DNA of 64,000 bases from Iphione sp. A-MEVVRFRX5 (Eukaryota), in contig OZ320320.1 in assembly GCA_976226885.1 (NCBI GenBank), positions 66,030,001 through 66,094,000 of the forward strand. Reading direction: 5' to 3'. Positions 62,976 through 64,000 of the stretch are shown one piece after another. How positions within the stretch are numbered: position 1 is the first letter of the stretch; the number at the start of each line of letters is the position of its first letter. The position numbers and the translations under genes were made by a program. Below the pieces are notes generated by a model, which ran no database searches, was not told the origin of the DNA, and saw only the letters and a list, made by a program, of their open reading frames with translations.

Positions 62976-64000
62976 ATGGGTAGTGAAAAATTGAATGAGG
63001 TAAGATTATCCTTAGGCCTTCTAAATACTCGTAGTCTACTACCAAAAATAGAGGAGCTTCGATATTTGGTAGATATGAAGAGGTTTGACATAACTATGCT
63101 GACATAGACGTAGTTAAAGGCGGAAATACCAAAAAGTATAGTTAATGTAGAAAGCTATAGATTATTCCGACAAGATAGAAGTGGAAAAAGATGAGGTGGT
63201 GTGTGTATTTATCTTAAAAATTACTGGAAAATAGTAATGTTAATACATGGTTTATTCTCAGAGACGAGTTCATTAATGGAGATGCTTTGTAAATGCATAT
63301 ATTAGGTAGGAAAATTACCTATATTAGAGTTATTTATAGACCTCCTAATACTAGCTTAAGGATGTCTGTTTCTGGTAAAGTTTCTTGAGTTTGTTGAGAA
63401 CGAAAATGTTACAGTGGGTGGTGATTTTAATGTTGAGTTACAAAAACACATTGTATAGGGAGTTAGAAGAAACTGTCAGAGGAAACTGAAACGAACATGC
63501 AAAGTTATGAAGGATAAAACACTAAAGCATTTAATTGAAGCGAAAAATAGATTGTATCGCAAAATGAAATCAACAACTTCAATAGAGGAAAAAACTCATG
63601 TTAAGCTAGCAAAACATACGTGTTAATAAATCGAAGCGGGAATCCCTCACTAGGATATACGTAGTTAATAACGCTAGCCCAGTTAAATTTTGGACAGAAT
63701 CTAAGAGAGAAGTCATTCCTAGTGATGGAAGACAGGAAGACGCTGTAATATGTTTGAAGAATGATGATGTTACAGTATCGGAAGAAGATATCCCCAACTA
63801 TGTGAACAGTTATTTTTCTATTTAAAATAGGGAGTAATATTGATAAGAGTGCTGATACCAGGCCATCACCCGAGTTGGATGTGGCCTACCGTAATGTATT
63901 GTTTGGATTTAGACATGTTACGGCTAGTGAAATCATTGAAAAGATAAATGGGCTGAAGAACTCAAAATCAATGAGTATGTATGTTTGGAATTCGAATGGA
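62976..64000 (+). mobile_element. Decayed CR1/L2 LINE ORF2, N-terminal AP-endonuclease region; runs off the window
   Basis: LLNTRSLLPKIEELRYLV...FDITMLT*T*L...ESYRLFRQDRSGKR*GGVCIYLK, then GVIYRPPN and GDFN, match APE motifs (NxRSL..K..EL, ETWL, RxDR..GGGV.iY, YRPP, GDFN). Multiple stops. Confidence 0.8.

Overview
Animal (invertebrate-type) genomic DNA: an AT-rich, repeat-rich background with GC-rich islands. One clear host gene is present, an intronless small-conductance Ca2+-activated K+ channel (SK/KCNN, 19701-21053, minus). There are also a probable orphan terminal exon (9524-10637, +), a few low-confidence candidate exons, decayed CR1/L2-type LINEs and several MITEs, including four PIF/Harbinger-like copies with TNA target-site duplications. 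The most notable object is a young full-length 9.1-kb Ty3/Gypsy LTR retrotransposon (33011-42115) with 288-bp LTRs differing at 2 positions, an ATAT TSD, a tRNA-Leu PBS and a PPT. After gag and pol, in the position env would occupy, it carries a ~1176-aa non-env ORF3 in the same frame as pol. ORF3 has two N-terminal C2H2 zinc fingers, NLS-like motifs, acidic/Pro-rich regions, a 108/216-bp repeat array and a C-terminal globular-looking domain. By the standard C2H2 recognition code the finger helices (RKDNLKR, RKDDLRR) predict the site 5'-GCG GAG(G/T)-3'. That motif occurs 9 times in the 5' LTR (7 upstream of the TATA box) and about 50 times in the element body. This suggests a retrotransposon encoding its own sequence-specific transactivator or anti-silencing factor, which is an inference and is untested. 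This copy is disabled by five or six in-frame TGA codons, apparently all from CGA, and has no frameshift lesions.
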